Assembly (NCBI GenBank): GCA_038087875.1
Contig: CM075992.1
Span: 3,226,001-3,290,000, forward strand
Direction: 5' to 3'
From: Malacoraja senta
Taxonomy: Eukaryota
Length of the DNA: 64,000 nt
Shown here: one piece after another, positions 37,894-49,323 of the stretch
Layout: the number at the start of each line of letters is the position of its first letter
How positions within the stretch are numbered: position 1 is the stretch's first letter
Position numbers and translations under genes: made by a program
The notes under the pieces: generated by a model
Told to the model about the DNA's origin: nothing
What the model saw: the letters and a program-made list of their open reading frames with translations, nothing else
The model's database searches: none

Positions 37894-38103
37894 GGGACGA
37901 CAGATGGCGCAATGGGCTAAGTGTTCGGCTGGCAACCGGAAGGTAGCCGGTTCGAATCCCGCTTGGAGTGCATACTGTCGTTGTGTCCTTGGGGCAAGAC
38001 ACTTCACCCACCTTTGCCTGCGTGTGAATGTGTGTGAATGTGTGTGAGTGACTGGTGGTGGTCGGAGGGGCCGTAGGCGCAGATTAGCAGCCACGCTTCC
38101 GTC
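37894..38103 (+). mobile_element. tRNA-derived SINE distinct from HE1 (AFC/CORE-like), 3'-truncated
   Basis: A box TGGCGCAATGG 37905-37915, B box GGTTCGAATCC 37949-37959, then GTGTCCTTGGGGCAAGACACTTCACCC and (TGTGTGAATG)n. Confidence 0.7.
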
Positions 38104-38190
38104 CATCCCCTCCCCCTTCCCAGTTCTCCCACCAGTCTTACTGTCTCCGCCTACATTCTTTCCTTGTCCCGCCCCCTCCCCTGACATTAA

Positions 38191-38416
38191 GGCCCTGTCC
38201 CACTTACGTGTCCTTGGCACGCAGATTATGCAACCTCGTGGTCGCGTTGAGGTGCACGGGCATCGTGTGGCCGCGCGGGGCCGGTCCCACTGAGAAGCAC
38301 GGGAGGGGTATGTAGTTGTGCGCAGTATCGCACGGCGCTCCGGGATTTTGTACCGAACAAAATCTTCGCGCGCCAACGGCCTGTCGCGTAACTGACGGCC
38401 AAAGTGGGACAGGCCC
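38191..38416. mobile_element. Harbinger-like MITE
   Basis: TAA-GGCCCTGTCCCACT ... AGTGGGACAGGCCC with a CpG-rich interior. Right TSD unclear, and the element may extend further. Confidence 0.6.
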
Positions 38417-39416
38417 AAGACCCTGGCGCGACGCAACGTCTCACCTCCAACAGCAGCAGAAGCAGGGAAACGATCGCCGAACTCGGCCTGGGGCTCACGG
38501 CCGTTGCGGTCCGGATCCGACCCCACTTCTACTCCCAGAGCGGGGCCAAGAAAATTGAAGATAGACACAAAATGCAGGAGTAACTCAGCGGGACCGGCAG
38601 CATCTCTGGAGAGAAGCAATGGGTGACGTTTCGGGTCGAGACCCTTCTTTCAGACTGAAGAATGGTCTCGACACGAAACATCACCCATTCCTTCTCTCCA
38701 GAAGATTGTATTGTATTGTTGTATTGTATATTGTATTGTATATCTTTATTGTCATTTCCTGAGTATTCGCATACCCAGAGGAAACAAAAAAACGTTCCTC
38801 AACCAGTGTCCATTTCAGTGTGCAGTAAAAAATAAATAGAAGTAAAAATACATATATCATGAACAAATTAACACTCTACTCTACTAAACATCAACAGGCG
38901 TTCAACAGCGGCACGACAGTGGCTCTGCTGCAGTGTGTCCAGGTTGGTGGTTGGTGCACGATACTTTGGCAGGGGACAAAGTCCGTTTATCAGTCTTATA
39001 ACCTGCGGGAAGAAGCTGAGGAGCATCCTGCTGGTTTTGCACCTAATGCTCCGGTACCTCTTCCCAGATGCTGCCGGTCCCGCTGAGTTACTCCAGCATT
39101 TTGTGTTGACCTTAAACTAAATCTGACTTGGATTCCTCTTCACTAGGGCCAGTCCCTTCACGGAGGTGATTAACGTGGGTAGCAGACTGTTGACCACGAG
39201 GAACGTCACAGCTGAGCCCAACTCTGCCACCATCTACACGTTGGCAATTATTGCCAGGAGTCTGTGGACAATCATTTTATTCTTCACACCAGCTGTGAGA
39301 TGGGGAGCGGGGAAGGGGGCCGAGGGGTTCTTGTCAAATTTGGTACGGATTGGATTGAATGAATTTCTTGTGACCAGTGCCAGCAGGTAACTATTCCTTT
39401 ATCATCCATCTTGCAG

Positions 39417-39551
39417 CTCGGAGGACCAATCTGGGCTGAACAGATCCACGACCAGGATTTCACCAGGAAAGTCCTGGAATCGGTGGAACAAACCCCACAG
39501 CGGTTCAAGACTTCAGACCGGATACTGGGCATGCTGAGCATGGTGACCGAG
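39417..39551 (+). CDS. TRMT1: tRNA (guanine26-N2)-dimethyltransferase, internal exon (first visible)
   Basis: AG/GT bounded, 135 nt: LGGPIWAEQIHDQDFTRKVLESVEQTPQRFKTSDRILGMLSMVTE. Confidence 0.95.
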
Positions 39552-41452
39552 GTGAGGCTTTCCCCACAGAATGATACGGTGTGGAGAACACCACCATTTG
39601 GCCCATCATCTCTCTGTGCGGGTGCATAGGCAAATGCACGGACCATGTAGACAGCCAAGAGGTGTAAATATTCAGGACAAACTCCCAATGCAATTTCATC
39701 AGCATTGGAATTAAAGAGCGGCCTGGTGGCGCAGCAGTAGAGCTGCCGCCTCACAGCGCCAGAGACCCAGCTTAGATTCTGACTTCAGATGCTCCCTGTG
39801 TGGAGTTTGCACGTTCTTCCTGTGACCGCGTGGGTTTCCCCCGGGTGCTCCGATTTCCTCCCACATTCCAAAGACATGCGGGGTTGGAGGTAAATTGGCT
39901 TCTGTAAATCACCCCTAGTGTGAACGGGTGATTGATGATATGATGGCATATGAGGAAAGATTGGAAAGACTAGGCTTGTATTCACTGGAGTTTAGAAGGA
40001 CGAGGGGGGATCTTATTGAAACGTATAAAATTATGAAAGGACTGGACAAGCTAGATGCAGGAAAAATGTTCCCAATGTTGGGCGAGTCCAGAACCAGGGG
40101 CCGCAGTCTGAGAATAAAGGGGGAGGTCATTTAAGACTGAGGTCAGAAAAAACGTTTTCACCCAGAGAGTTGTGAATTTGTGGAATTCCCTGCCACAGAG
40201 GGCAGTGGAGGCCAAGTCACTGGATGGATTTAAGAGATAGTTAGATAGTTGTAGGGGCTAGTGGAGTCAAGGGATATGGGGGAGAAGGCAGGCACGGGTT
40301 ATTGATAGGGGACGATCAGCCATGATCACAATGAATGGCGGTGCTGGCTCGAAGGGCCGAATGGCCTCCTCCTGCACCTATTTTGTATGTTTCTCTATGT
40401 TTCTATGATCTGGTGTGGACCTGGGGGGCCGAAGGGCCTGCTTTGACATTGTGTCAAAGTCAATTTTATTCGTCACATACACCCGAAGGTGCAGTGAAAT
40501 GAATTTCACTAAAACTAAACTAAACTGAGATGGTCAACTTATATAATACAAAGTAACTGGTGGTTTATACCAAGGTAGACAACAAATGCTGGAGTAACTC
40601 TGTGGGACAGGCAGCATCTCTGGAGAAAATAGATATGTTATGATTTGGGTCCGGAGTCTTCTTCAGACTGATTAGGCACTTTAAAAAGGTAGACAAAAAT
40701 GCTGGAGAAACTCAGCGGATGAGGCAACATCATAGATGCTGCCTCACCTGCTGAGTTTCTCCAGCATTTTTGTCTACCTTTGATTTTCCCAGCATCTGCA
40801 GTTCCTTCTTAAACTCTTAGTCACTTTAAAAAACATTATTGTCGAGGCAGATTTTTGAGGGGGTACTCTTTATAAGAATGAAGATTTTTAAATGCTATTG
40901 TGCCCAGGAGCGAAATAGACTACAAAAAGTAGTAAACACTGCCCAGTCCATCATCGGCTTTGACCTCCCTACCATCGAGGGGATCTATCGCAGTCGCTGC
41001 CTCAAAAAGGCTGGCAGCATCATCAAGGACCCACACCATCCTGGCCACACACTCATCTCCCCGCTACCTTCAGGTAGAAGGTACAGGAGCCTGAAGACTG
41101 CAACGTCCAGGTTCAGGAATAGCTACTTCCCCACAGCCATCAGGCTATTAAACCTGGCTCGGACAAAACTCTGAACATTAATAGCCCATTATCAGTTTAT
41201 TTGCACTTTATCAGTTTATTTATTCATGTATGTATATATTTATACAATGGTATATGGACACACTGATCTGTTCTGTATTCATGCCTTCTATATTCTGTTG
41301 TGCTGAAGCAAAGCAAGAATTTCATTGTCCTATCTGGGACACATGACAATAAACTCTCTTGAATCTTGAATGTATGGACATTGAAGGAGCTTACACTGCA
41401 AATCGCCATTTAACCATTGTAGCATTGACTCGTATTATTTTCCTTTTGCCAG

Positions 41453-41538
41453 GAGTTACCGGATTGCCCTCTCTACCACACGATGGATCACCTCAGCAGT
41501 ATCATCCACTGCAGCACCCCGTCGCTCCTGCAGATGAG
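41453..41538 (+). CDS. TRMT1: TRMT1 internal exon
   Basis: AG/GT bounded, 86 nt, phase-consistent: [29 protein letters not shown]. Confidence 0.95.
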
Positions 41539-42418
41539 GTAAGATCATAGGGTTTGGCTCTTCTGTGTCCATCGGAGAAAACCCACGCAGGTCATGGGGA
41601 GAACGTACAAACTTCGTGCAGAAATGCACCCGTGGTCGGGATGGAACCCTGGGTCTCTGGCGCTGTGAGGCGGCAAACTCTACCGCTGCGCCACCCTGCT
41701 GTGTGAGCTGCGTGGAGTTGCATACTGAGGCACCGTGTTATAGGAAAGATATAACTGGGCACCGTGTTATAGGAAAGATATTGTCAAGCTTGAAAGGGTT
41801 CAGAAAAGATTTACGAGGATGTTGCCAGGACTAGAGGGTGTGAGCTGCGGTGAGAGGCTGGGTCTCTATTCCATGGAGCGCAGGAGGATGAGGGGTGATC
41901 TTATAGAGGTGTACAAAATCATGTGAGGAATAGATCGGGTAGATGCACAGAGTCTTTTACCCAGAGTAGGGGAATCGAGGACCAGAGGACACAGGTTCAA
42001 GGTGAAGGGGAAACAAATAATAGTTCAGTTCAGTTTTATTTGTCATATGTAGGTTAACACAGGGTACAATGGAACGGTACAATGAAATGTGTTTGACAGG
42101 ACAACGGGTCACCTCAGCAATGATATTACAAGGATAAAGGAATCCGAGGGGTAACTTTTTGTATGGAACAAGCTGCCAGAGGAGGTAGTTGAGGCTGGGA
42201 CTATCTCATCGTTTAAGAAACAGTTGGACAGGTACATGGATAGGACAGGTTTGGAGGGATATGGAATAAGCGCAGGCAAGTGGGGCTAGTGTAACTGGGA
42301 CATTGTGGGCCGGTGTGGGCGAGTTGGGCCGAAGGGCCTGTTTCCATACTGTGTCACTCTATGACTGAGTGATGAAATGATTTTAGTTTCTTTATTTCTC
42401 TGCCCCCAACTCCGTCAG

Positions 42419-42527
42419 GTCGTCGTTGCTTCACGCTGGCTATCGCGTGTCACTCTCCCACGCATGTAAAAACGCGGTCAAAACCGACGCACCGCATTCG
42501 GTGATGTGGGATATCATGAGGAGCTGG
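42419..42527 (+). CDS. TRMT1: TRMT1 internal exon
   Basis: AG/GT bounded, 109 nt: [36 protein letters not shown]. Confidence 0.96.
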
Positions 42528-42649
42528 GTAAGAGGCAAACGTGTGTGGTTGGTCTTTGCTGGGAGCGTCGGTCGGTTTGGGTGTGAAATGCAATGGCAAA
42601 GCTCCCACTCTGGATGTGCCAGAGCCTGACTGAGGGCTGGTGCTTGGCT

Positions 42650-43255
42650 TGAGTAAGTAAGTTTATTGGCCAAGTATTCACATACAAGGAATTTGCCTTG
42701 GTGCTCCGCCCACAAGTAACAACATGACATACAGTGATAGTTACGAATGACTCAGAAAACACTAAACATTAATAATAATAAAACATTAATGATAAAACAC
42801 CATTGATCAAGCATGTGAACCAACAAAATACCAGATCAAAGGGAGGCTACAGATTTTTGGTTGTTGAGTAGAGCAACTACTCGTGGATAAAAACTGTTTT
42901 TGTGTCTGGCTGTGGCAGCTTTGACAGTCCGGAGTCGCCTTCCAGAGGGAAGTGATTCAAAGAGTTTGTGGCCAGGGTGAGAAGGGTCAGAGATGATCTT
43001 GCCCGCTCGCTCCCTGGCCCTTGCAGTGTACAGTTCATCAATGTAGGGAAGGTTGCAGCCAATAACCTTCTCTGCTATCGGACGATTCGCTGCAGCCTCC
43101 AGGTGTCGTGCTTGGTGGCTGAGCGAAACCAGACCATGATGGCGAAGGTGAGGACAGACTCTACGATGGCCGTGTAGAATTGGGCCATCATTGCCTGTGG
43201 CAGATTGTGCTTCCTCAGCAGCCGCAGGAAGTACATCCTCTGTTGTGCCTTTTTG
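42650..43255 (-). mobile_element. Rex/Babar-type LINE 3' fragment, second subfamily
   Basis: Degenerate KAQQRMYFLRLLRKHNLPQAMMAQFYTAIVES...SHPGHKLFESLPSGRRLRTVKA; related copy at about 60725-61137(-). Confidence 0.8.
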
Positions 43256-43348
43256 AGCGCGTGTGTTTTTTTGTTTTATTTTATTTTTTTAATTTTATTT
43301 ATTAGAAGTAGCTTTAGCTGGTTAACGCTGACTCTGTCTCTGGCGCAG

Positions 43349-43425
43349 GCAAAGATCCACCCAGTGAAGCGAGAGAAACTGTCCGAGAGTAGCCCTGCCT
43401 TCCGCATCCTCAGCAAGGAGCCGGT
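43349..43425 (+). CDS. TRMT1: TRMT1 internal exon
   Basis: AG/GTAAG bounded, 77 nt: AKIHPVKREKLSESSPAFRILSKEPV. Confidence 0.95.
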
Positions 43426-44324
43426 GTAAGTTGCCTTTCATTACAGAACATGGTACAACACAGGAACGGCCCCATCCCCTTCATGTCTGTGCCGAACATG
43501 ATGCAAGGATAAACTATTCTCATCTGCCTGCATAGAACAAACAACAGTGCCGCACAAGAACGGGCCCTTCAGCCAGCAATGTTTGTGTCGAAATTATGCC
43601 TAGTTAAACTGATCTCATCTGCCTGTACATGATCCATATCCCTCTATTCCCTGCACTTCCATGTACCTATCTGGAAGCCTCGACACACTCCTATTGTATC
43701 TGCCTCCACCACCATCCCAGCAGGTTTCCGCTACTCTGTGTAAATGAAAAAAACCTGCCCCGCACATCTCCATTAACCTTTCCCCATTTCCACCCTGGGG
43801 GGAAAAAAAGGTTCTGGCTGTCTACCCTATCTAGGTCTATTATAATGTTGTACACTTCTATCAAGTCATCCCTATCAAGAAAACAATCCAAGTCTATCCA
43901 GCCTCTCCCTGTAGCTGAAACCCTCTAATCCAGGCAGCATTCTGGACCCTCTGCACCCTATTCAAAGCCTCCCAATCCTTCCTGCAATGGGGTGACCAGA
44001 ACTGCATGCATTACTCCAAATGCGGGCTGACCAAAGTCCAATAGGGCTGCATCATGACTAATCCGCTCCATTCTTGGATTTCACCGATGTATGTGGTGTG
44101 GGGGAATTCACTGGTCGTGGGTTCATGAATGGGGAGTGCCATTTTAATGTAAGTCAGTTCTTCAATGGAACCTCTTAAACCTATGTGTAGGAAAGAACTG
44201 CAGATGCTGGTTTACACCGAAGGTAGACACAAAATGCTGGAGTAACTCAGCGGGACAGGCAGCATCTCTGGAGAGAAGGAATAGGTGATTCGGGTGGAGA
44301 CCCTTCTTCAGACCCGTTTAGTCA

Positions 44325-44460
44325 TCTTCTTGCGTGTGGCGTGCACAGCCTAAAGTTGTAGGACAACTTGTTCTATTTGATCTTATTTGATTGTGCACGC
44401 CAGGTTGATTGCATTCGTCGAAACAGGGCGGACCACGTGAAGGTTGCAATCTCCCAGCCC
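44325..44460 (-). mobile_element. Short non-LTR retroelement 3' end or SINE (Vingi-like terminus, tentative)
   Basis: Minus strand ends GTGCACGCCACACGCAAGAAGA; imperfect 13-bp flanking repeat ACCCGTTTAGTCA / ACCAGTTTAGTAA. Confidence 0.4.
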
Positions 44461-44733
44461 ACCAGTTTAGTAAAGATGAGGGAGTGTGGGCCTGGAAAAC
44501 AGAAGTAATTGAAGAGCAAAGGGCATGTGGGGGGGGGGGGTGGGGGGGATAGGGTCTGACGAAGGGTCTCGACCTGAAACGTCGCCCATTCCTTCTCTCT
44601 TGAGATGCTGCCTGTCCCGCTGAGTTACTCCAGCACTATGTGTCTATCTTGGGTGTAAACCAGCATCCGCAGTTCCTTCCTACACACCAGTCGGTGTCCA
44701 AGCAGGATTTGACATTCACCGTCTATGTGTCAG

Positions 44734-44853
44734 TCTCCAGGCTTGCTTCGACATCCGGGAGGACGCCAATCCTAAATCCAGGAAGCAAGGGCTGAAGCGG
44801 TTCCAGGAAAACCCGGAAGCCAATTGGGGGCCCAAGGCGCGGGCCAAGGCCAG
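44734..44853 (+). CDS. TRMT1: TRMT1 internal exon
   Basis: AG/GT bounded, 120 nt: [39 protein letters not shown]. Confidence 0.95.
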
Positions 44854-45057
44854 GTGAGAACTTGCTGGAGTGCTGGGGGCGTGACTGGTTGGTCAAGTGG
44901 AGCAGCTCCTGGAGGTTGAGTTGGGCCAAGGTAATGGGAGGGGGGAAGCCACCTTCAGTGGCAGGCTCAGGTGGGGATGTTAAATCTGCTCTGAGTGACT
45001 CTTCGATTCCATCTTCACAACCCAGCAAGAAACTAGCCTAATCCGTAGGCACCTCTT

Positions 45058-45446
45058 TCCAGGGTTACGTCCGCGCCCGGGTGGTGTTAGAGAGGGACGA
45101 CGCGCTGTCCGCGGGCAGCCTGGGGGATTTCCGGGACCGCTGGGCGCCTCGGGGGGTTGAATGCATCTTTTACAAGGAGTGTAAGATAGTTTGTTTAAGA
45201 AGGAACTGCAGATGCTGGAAAATCGAAGGTAGACAAAATTGCTGGAGAAACTCAGCAGGTGAGGCAGCATCTATGGAGCGAAGGAGATAGGCAACGCTTC
45301 GGGCTGAAACCCTTCAGTGTAAGATAGTTGTATAATAGTTTATCATTTGTCGTGTATTAGGGTGGTGGGATCTGTTTTGTTTCTTACTGCACTGTATATA
45401 TCATTTGAATAAATATTTTTGATTAAAAAGAAAAAGAAAAAAAAAA
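45058..45446 (+). mobile_element. Tx1-clade LINE 3' end with poly(A) and a nested Penelope-like insertion
   Basis: FQGYVRARVVLERDDALSAGSLGDFRDRWAPRG, AATAAA and an A-rich tail, flanked by an AGGCACCTCTT repeat. Nested insert 45192-45315 has a 14-bp TSD. Confidence 0.7.
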
Positions 45447-46100
45447 TCCTGAAGGCACCTCTTACGGGATGTCACCCTCAATGGAATGTGAATGCAGGAG
45501 TAAGTTAGAAACATAGAAAATAGGTGCAGGAGTAGGCCATTCGGCCCTTCGAGCCAGCACCGCCATTCAATAAGATCATGGCTGATCATCCCCAATCAGT
45601 ACCCTGTTGCTGCTTTCTCTCCATATCCCTTGATTCCATCAGCCCTAAGAGCTAAATCTAGTTCTCTGATGTTTGTGGATGGCATGGAAATTGGTGGTGG
45701 TGTGTAAGGCAATGTAGCCTGGAAAATAAGGCATTGCAGATACTGGCAGCTCGTTCCATACACCTACCACGTTTTGCATGTAAGAGTTATGCCTCCGGTT
45801 TCCAATTAAATCTTTCCCCCCTCCCTCTCACCTTAAACCTATATTCTCTGGTCCTGGATTCACCTACTCCAGGCAAGAGACTCTGTGCACCTACCCAATC
45901 TATTCCTGTCGTGATTTTTGAATGTGGGAGTAATCCCACGCTGTCGCAGAGAGAACGTGCAAACTCCACGGTCATGATGGAACCCGGGTCTCTGGCGCAG
46001 TGAGGCAGCGCCTCGACCCGCTGCGCCACCGCGCCGCCCCGCCTCTTGCTCGAAGGTTGGACTGGTGCGTTCAGCAGCCATTGTGTTTTGTGTCTCGTAG

Positions 46101-46215
46101 CGGAGGAATCCATCCTTGTCTGGAAGAGAAAAGGAAGCGGCTGCAGAACAAACGGAAGCAGCGCAATGAAGATGCGGAGCATGGAAAGCAAATCGTCTGC
46201 AAAAAGCCCAGAGAG
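46101..46215 (+). CDS. TRMT1: TRMT1 penultimate exon (basic region and first zinc-finger Cys)
   Basis: AG/GTAAG bounded, 115 nt: GGIHPCLEEKRKRLQNKRKQRNEDAEHGKQIVCKKPRE. Confidence 0.92.
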
Positions 46216-46988
46216 GTAAGAAGACGTATCTGTGGTGAGGCTCCTGTAGAACAGGACTGGTCCCTTCCAGTGCTCAGAGCTCCAATACATGGGGGCTTAC
46301 AGCAGGCATCCATGATGTGGAAGAAGGAACGGCAGATGCTGGTTAAAACCAAAGATAGACACAAAGTGCTGGAGTAACTCAGCAGGACAGGCAGCATCTC
46401 TGGGGAGAGGGAATGGGTGACGTTTCTTCAGACTCTGAAGAGGGGTCTCGACCCGAAACGTCACCCATTCCTTCTCTCCAATGACACTGCTTGTCCCGCT
46501 GAGTTACTCCAGCATTCTGTGTCTGCCTTAGGTGAGGTCAGGTCAGATGCATGAACCATTAATCCCGACACTCAAACTTCCCTGCATTGATCTGGTAGCC
46601 ATACTCGGGCTTTAGTTTTTGTCTAGAGAGACAGCACGGAAACAGCCCCTTCAGCCCACCAAGTCCATGCCGACCATTGGTCACCCGTTCACACTAGATC
46701 TAATGTTGTCCCACTTTCTCATCCATTCCCTTCACAATAGGGGCAATTCTACAGTGGGAAGGAGATGAGGAGACGTGTCTTTAGTCAGAGGGTGGTGAAT
46801 CTGTGGAATTCTTTGCCACAGAAGGCTATGGAGGCCAAGTCAGTGGATATTATTATGGCAGAGATAGATTTTTGATTAGTACGGGTGTCTGGTGTTAGGG
46901 AGAGAAAGCAGGAGAATGGGGTTAAGACGGAGAGATAGATCAGCCATGATTGAATGGCGGAGTAGACTTGATGGGCCGAATGGCCTAA

Positions 46989-47513
46989 AGCCCCTGTCCC
47001 ACTTTCACGACCTAATTGGCGACCTCTGCCGAGTTTGCCCTTGACTCATACTCGCAGCATGGTCGCCACGAGGTCGTAGGTAGGTCTTCGTAACTCTTCC
47101 TCATGCTCGTGAGTGGTCTCCGCGTACTCGTGACCTCAAGTAGGTCGCGGCGTTTTTTCCAGCCTGATAAAAAATGTCCACGAGTAAAAAAAAGTCGGCA
47201 TGGAAAAAACGGATACTTTTTACTCTAAAGTAGTTCGTAGTAGGCCGTGATGGTAGTCGTAGATAATCGTAGATAGTCGGTAACTGGCCCGAGAAAAAAA
47301 TGCAAACATGGCATCATTTTATCATATGGTCATTTTCCACTCGTAGCTAGTCGTAGCTGGTCTTAGGTGTGGAAGACTGAGGTCGTAGGAGGTCGTAGAC
47401 ATAGTCATAGGATGTCTTTTACTTTGGCGAGTCAACACGACCGTGACATTTTTTTCAACTCGTCTAGGGTCTTCTATACCCGTGGATTAGGTCGTCCAAG
47501 TGGGACAGGCCCT
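46989..47513. mobile_element. Harbinger-like MITE inserted in a CR1 tail
   Basis: TAA-AGCCCCTGTCCCACT ... AGTGGGACAGGCCCT-TTA, interrupting the consensus ggccTAAttctgctcct. Confidence 0.8.
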
Positions 47514-47584
47514 TTATTCTGCTCCTGCGTCTTCTGGACAAGAGTGGGAGGCAATGGGTTTAACTATTCTCCTTCCTCACACAG

Positions 47585-47599
47585 GGTAACTGCACATAG
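47585..47599 (+). CDS. TRMT1: TRMT1 terminal exon coding part (GNCT*)
   Basis: Polypyrimidine tract plus CAG at 47582-47584. GGT AAC TGC ACA TAG GGA GAG TAC TGC aligns to recalled human GTCQRGDQC. AATAAA lies downstream. Confidence 0.75.
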   Translation, partial: GNCT

Positions 47600-47821
47600 G
47601 GAGAGTACTGCAGCTTGTACGATTACAGGAGGGCGAGGCGGTGGGGAAGAGGCCTCACGAGAGCTCTCCAGAACATGCATCCTCAGACCACCAGCTGTAA
47701 ATTGAGTCCACACCCTCGCTGTAAGTGTGCAGAATCTGTAAATGGAATGTAAAGTTCGCAACTCGACCCGGCCGGCCTGCAGTGTTTCAATTTTATTTTT
47801 AATTAAAAACTGCATTTTTTC

Positions 47822-47831
47822 AATAAATAAA
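47822..47831 (+). terminator. Overlapping poly(A) signals (AATAAATAAA), probable TRMT1 3' end
   Basis: About 220 nt after the stop, followed by a GT-rich stretch. Confidence 0.7.
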
Positions 47832-47896
47832 CCCGTAGCTGGTGTGTGATACGAGATAACGGAGACACAAGGGACTGTAGTTGCTTTGGCATGAGG

Positions 47897-47902
47897 TTTA
47901 TT
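47897..47902 (-). terminator. Candidate MAN2B1 poly(A) signal (AATAAA on minus)
   Basis: TTTATT on +, about 1.2 kb past the MAN2B1 stop; another at 47792-47797. Confidence 0.45.
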
Positions 47903-49117
47903 TTTTTTCCTTTTTTGTGCTTTCCATATAAAAAAAAAATCATGGCACAATTTGAGATTTCATGGCAGATGCTCCTAAACTTTTATGAATTGCCCCTCTA
48001 CAATCATCCAGCACTTGTATCTCTCCCAGCATATTTCACCCCCCCCCTCCCTCCTTAAATACTAATCATTTGCCTCACAATGCTCTGCCCATGTTCCCTT
48101 CTCTCCAGATGCACCATTGCATAATTTACCCTGGGTATCCTCAAGAGGCACAGGAACCCTAGCTGACGGATCAGTGCTTTTACAACACTAGAATCGTGGT
48201 CCACCTACTGGTATTTCGACTCTCTGTCCTTCATTTAATATCCAAGATAAATCACGCTTTCACAAAATATATTTTTATCAATAGGTGCCAAATGTACGTT
48301 TGTGAATCAGTAGTCGTTGAGGCAGGAATTTATAAACACACTTGTAAAGTTTTCCACAGGCTTGATCTAAATTGTATAGATTCTCTTCCTTTTGTGTTTT
48401 TGTTTGGGTGGGGAGGGAGAGGAGAAAAGAGAGGGCACTTATCAGATCAGTTCAGCCACAAGGTCTTGGTTGTACCAAGGACTCCAGCAAAGGATGTGTT
48501 TGAGGGATAGAAGGGAGGTCATGTTAAATTGTGATTAGGCAGAGGCTTTGAACGGATGCTCGTCTCCAAAGCTCATTTTGGAAAAGATACATTTGCACAC
48601 TTACACAATCTTTCTTGGCCAGGCCAGGCCAGGCCAAAATGACCCTCGAAGTGTCTGTAACACAAATCACAATCGCTGTAACAGTTTTAGTGATCAGTAA
48701 GTCTATGGAGATTGTGGGGGGGTGGGGGGGGGGGGGGAGGGGGGGATGCAAGATGTTGCAGATGCTGCAGATGCTGGAGTCTTGAGCTACAGAAAAGGTG
48801 GATGAAGGGGGAGGGGGAAATAGTGAATGGAACCAAAATATGACCTGACTGGATCTTGTTACTTCTCCCCCAAGCATTGTAATCAAAGGAGATGTGAGAG
48901 TGTGTGTGTGTGCGAATTACATTCTGAAGTCGGTCGGCCATTGCCTTGGAAGCAACTGACAGAAGCTAAATTCACAGATTTAAACCCTTGTTAATAGAAA
49001 GAAGCAAAAGAAGGCTGGAATTTTATAAACCCTCCGTGGATGAGTTCATGTGGCCTGTTGATTGTTTTGGCTCATTCTAGCACTTCTCTCAGTCCTGGCC
49101 AGCACAGCTCGGAGTGG

Positions 49118-49209
49118 TTAGCCGTGACGAACACTGATACGAAACGTGCGGATTTCCATGGGACGTAGAGTCACGGAGTACACGGAGAACGGTCTGGGGC
49201 CTTCTGTCT
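49118..49209 (-). CDS. MAN2B1: Lysosomal alpha-mannosidase, terminal exon
   Basis: ttttccAG acceptor; TEGPRPFSVYSVTLRPMEIRTFRISVRHG* (compare recalled human ITLEPMEIRTF). Confidence 0.93.
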
Positions 49210-49323
49210 CTGGAAAACAGCGGCACAACACAACTATTACATACACGGTACAGAACAAGTCTGTCTGTTTTGGGGGCTGCTGGTCACATTCATTTCCAGT
49301 CATCGTTCCACTGAACTCACTCA

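Noticed and set aside
37894..37965. tRNA-like sequence with A and B boxes
   Set aside because: No proper acceptor stem, and it continues into a SINE body; the same applies to the HE1-like heads. Not tRNA genes.
37891..38619. 242-aa minus-strand ORF
   Set aside because: Runs across a SINE, a MITE and a palindromic repeat; a chance open frame in GC-rich repeats.
47597..47602. Programmed readthrough of the TRMT1 TAG
   Set aside because: The context TAG-GGA is not a known leaky motif, and the His ligand is lost anyway, so readthrough would not restore the finger.
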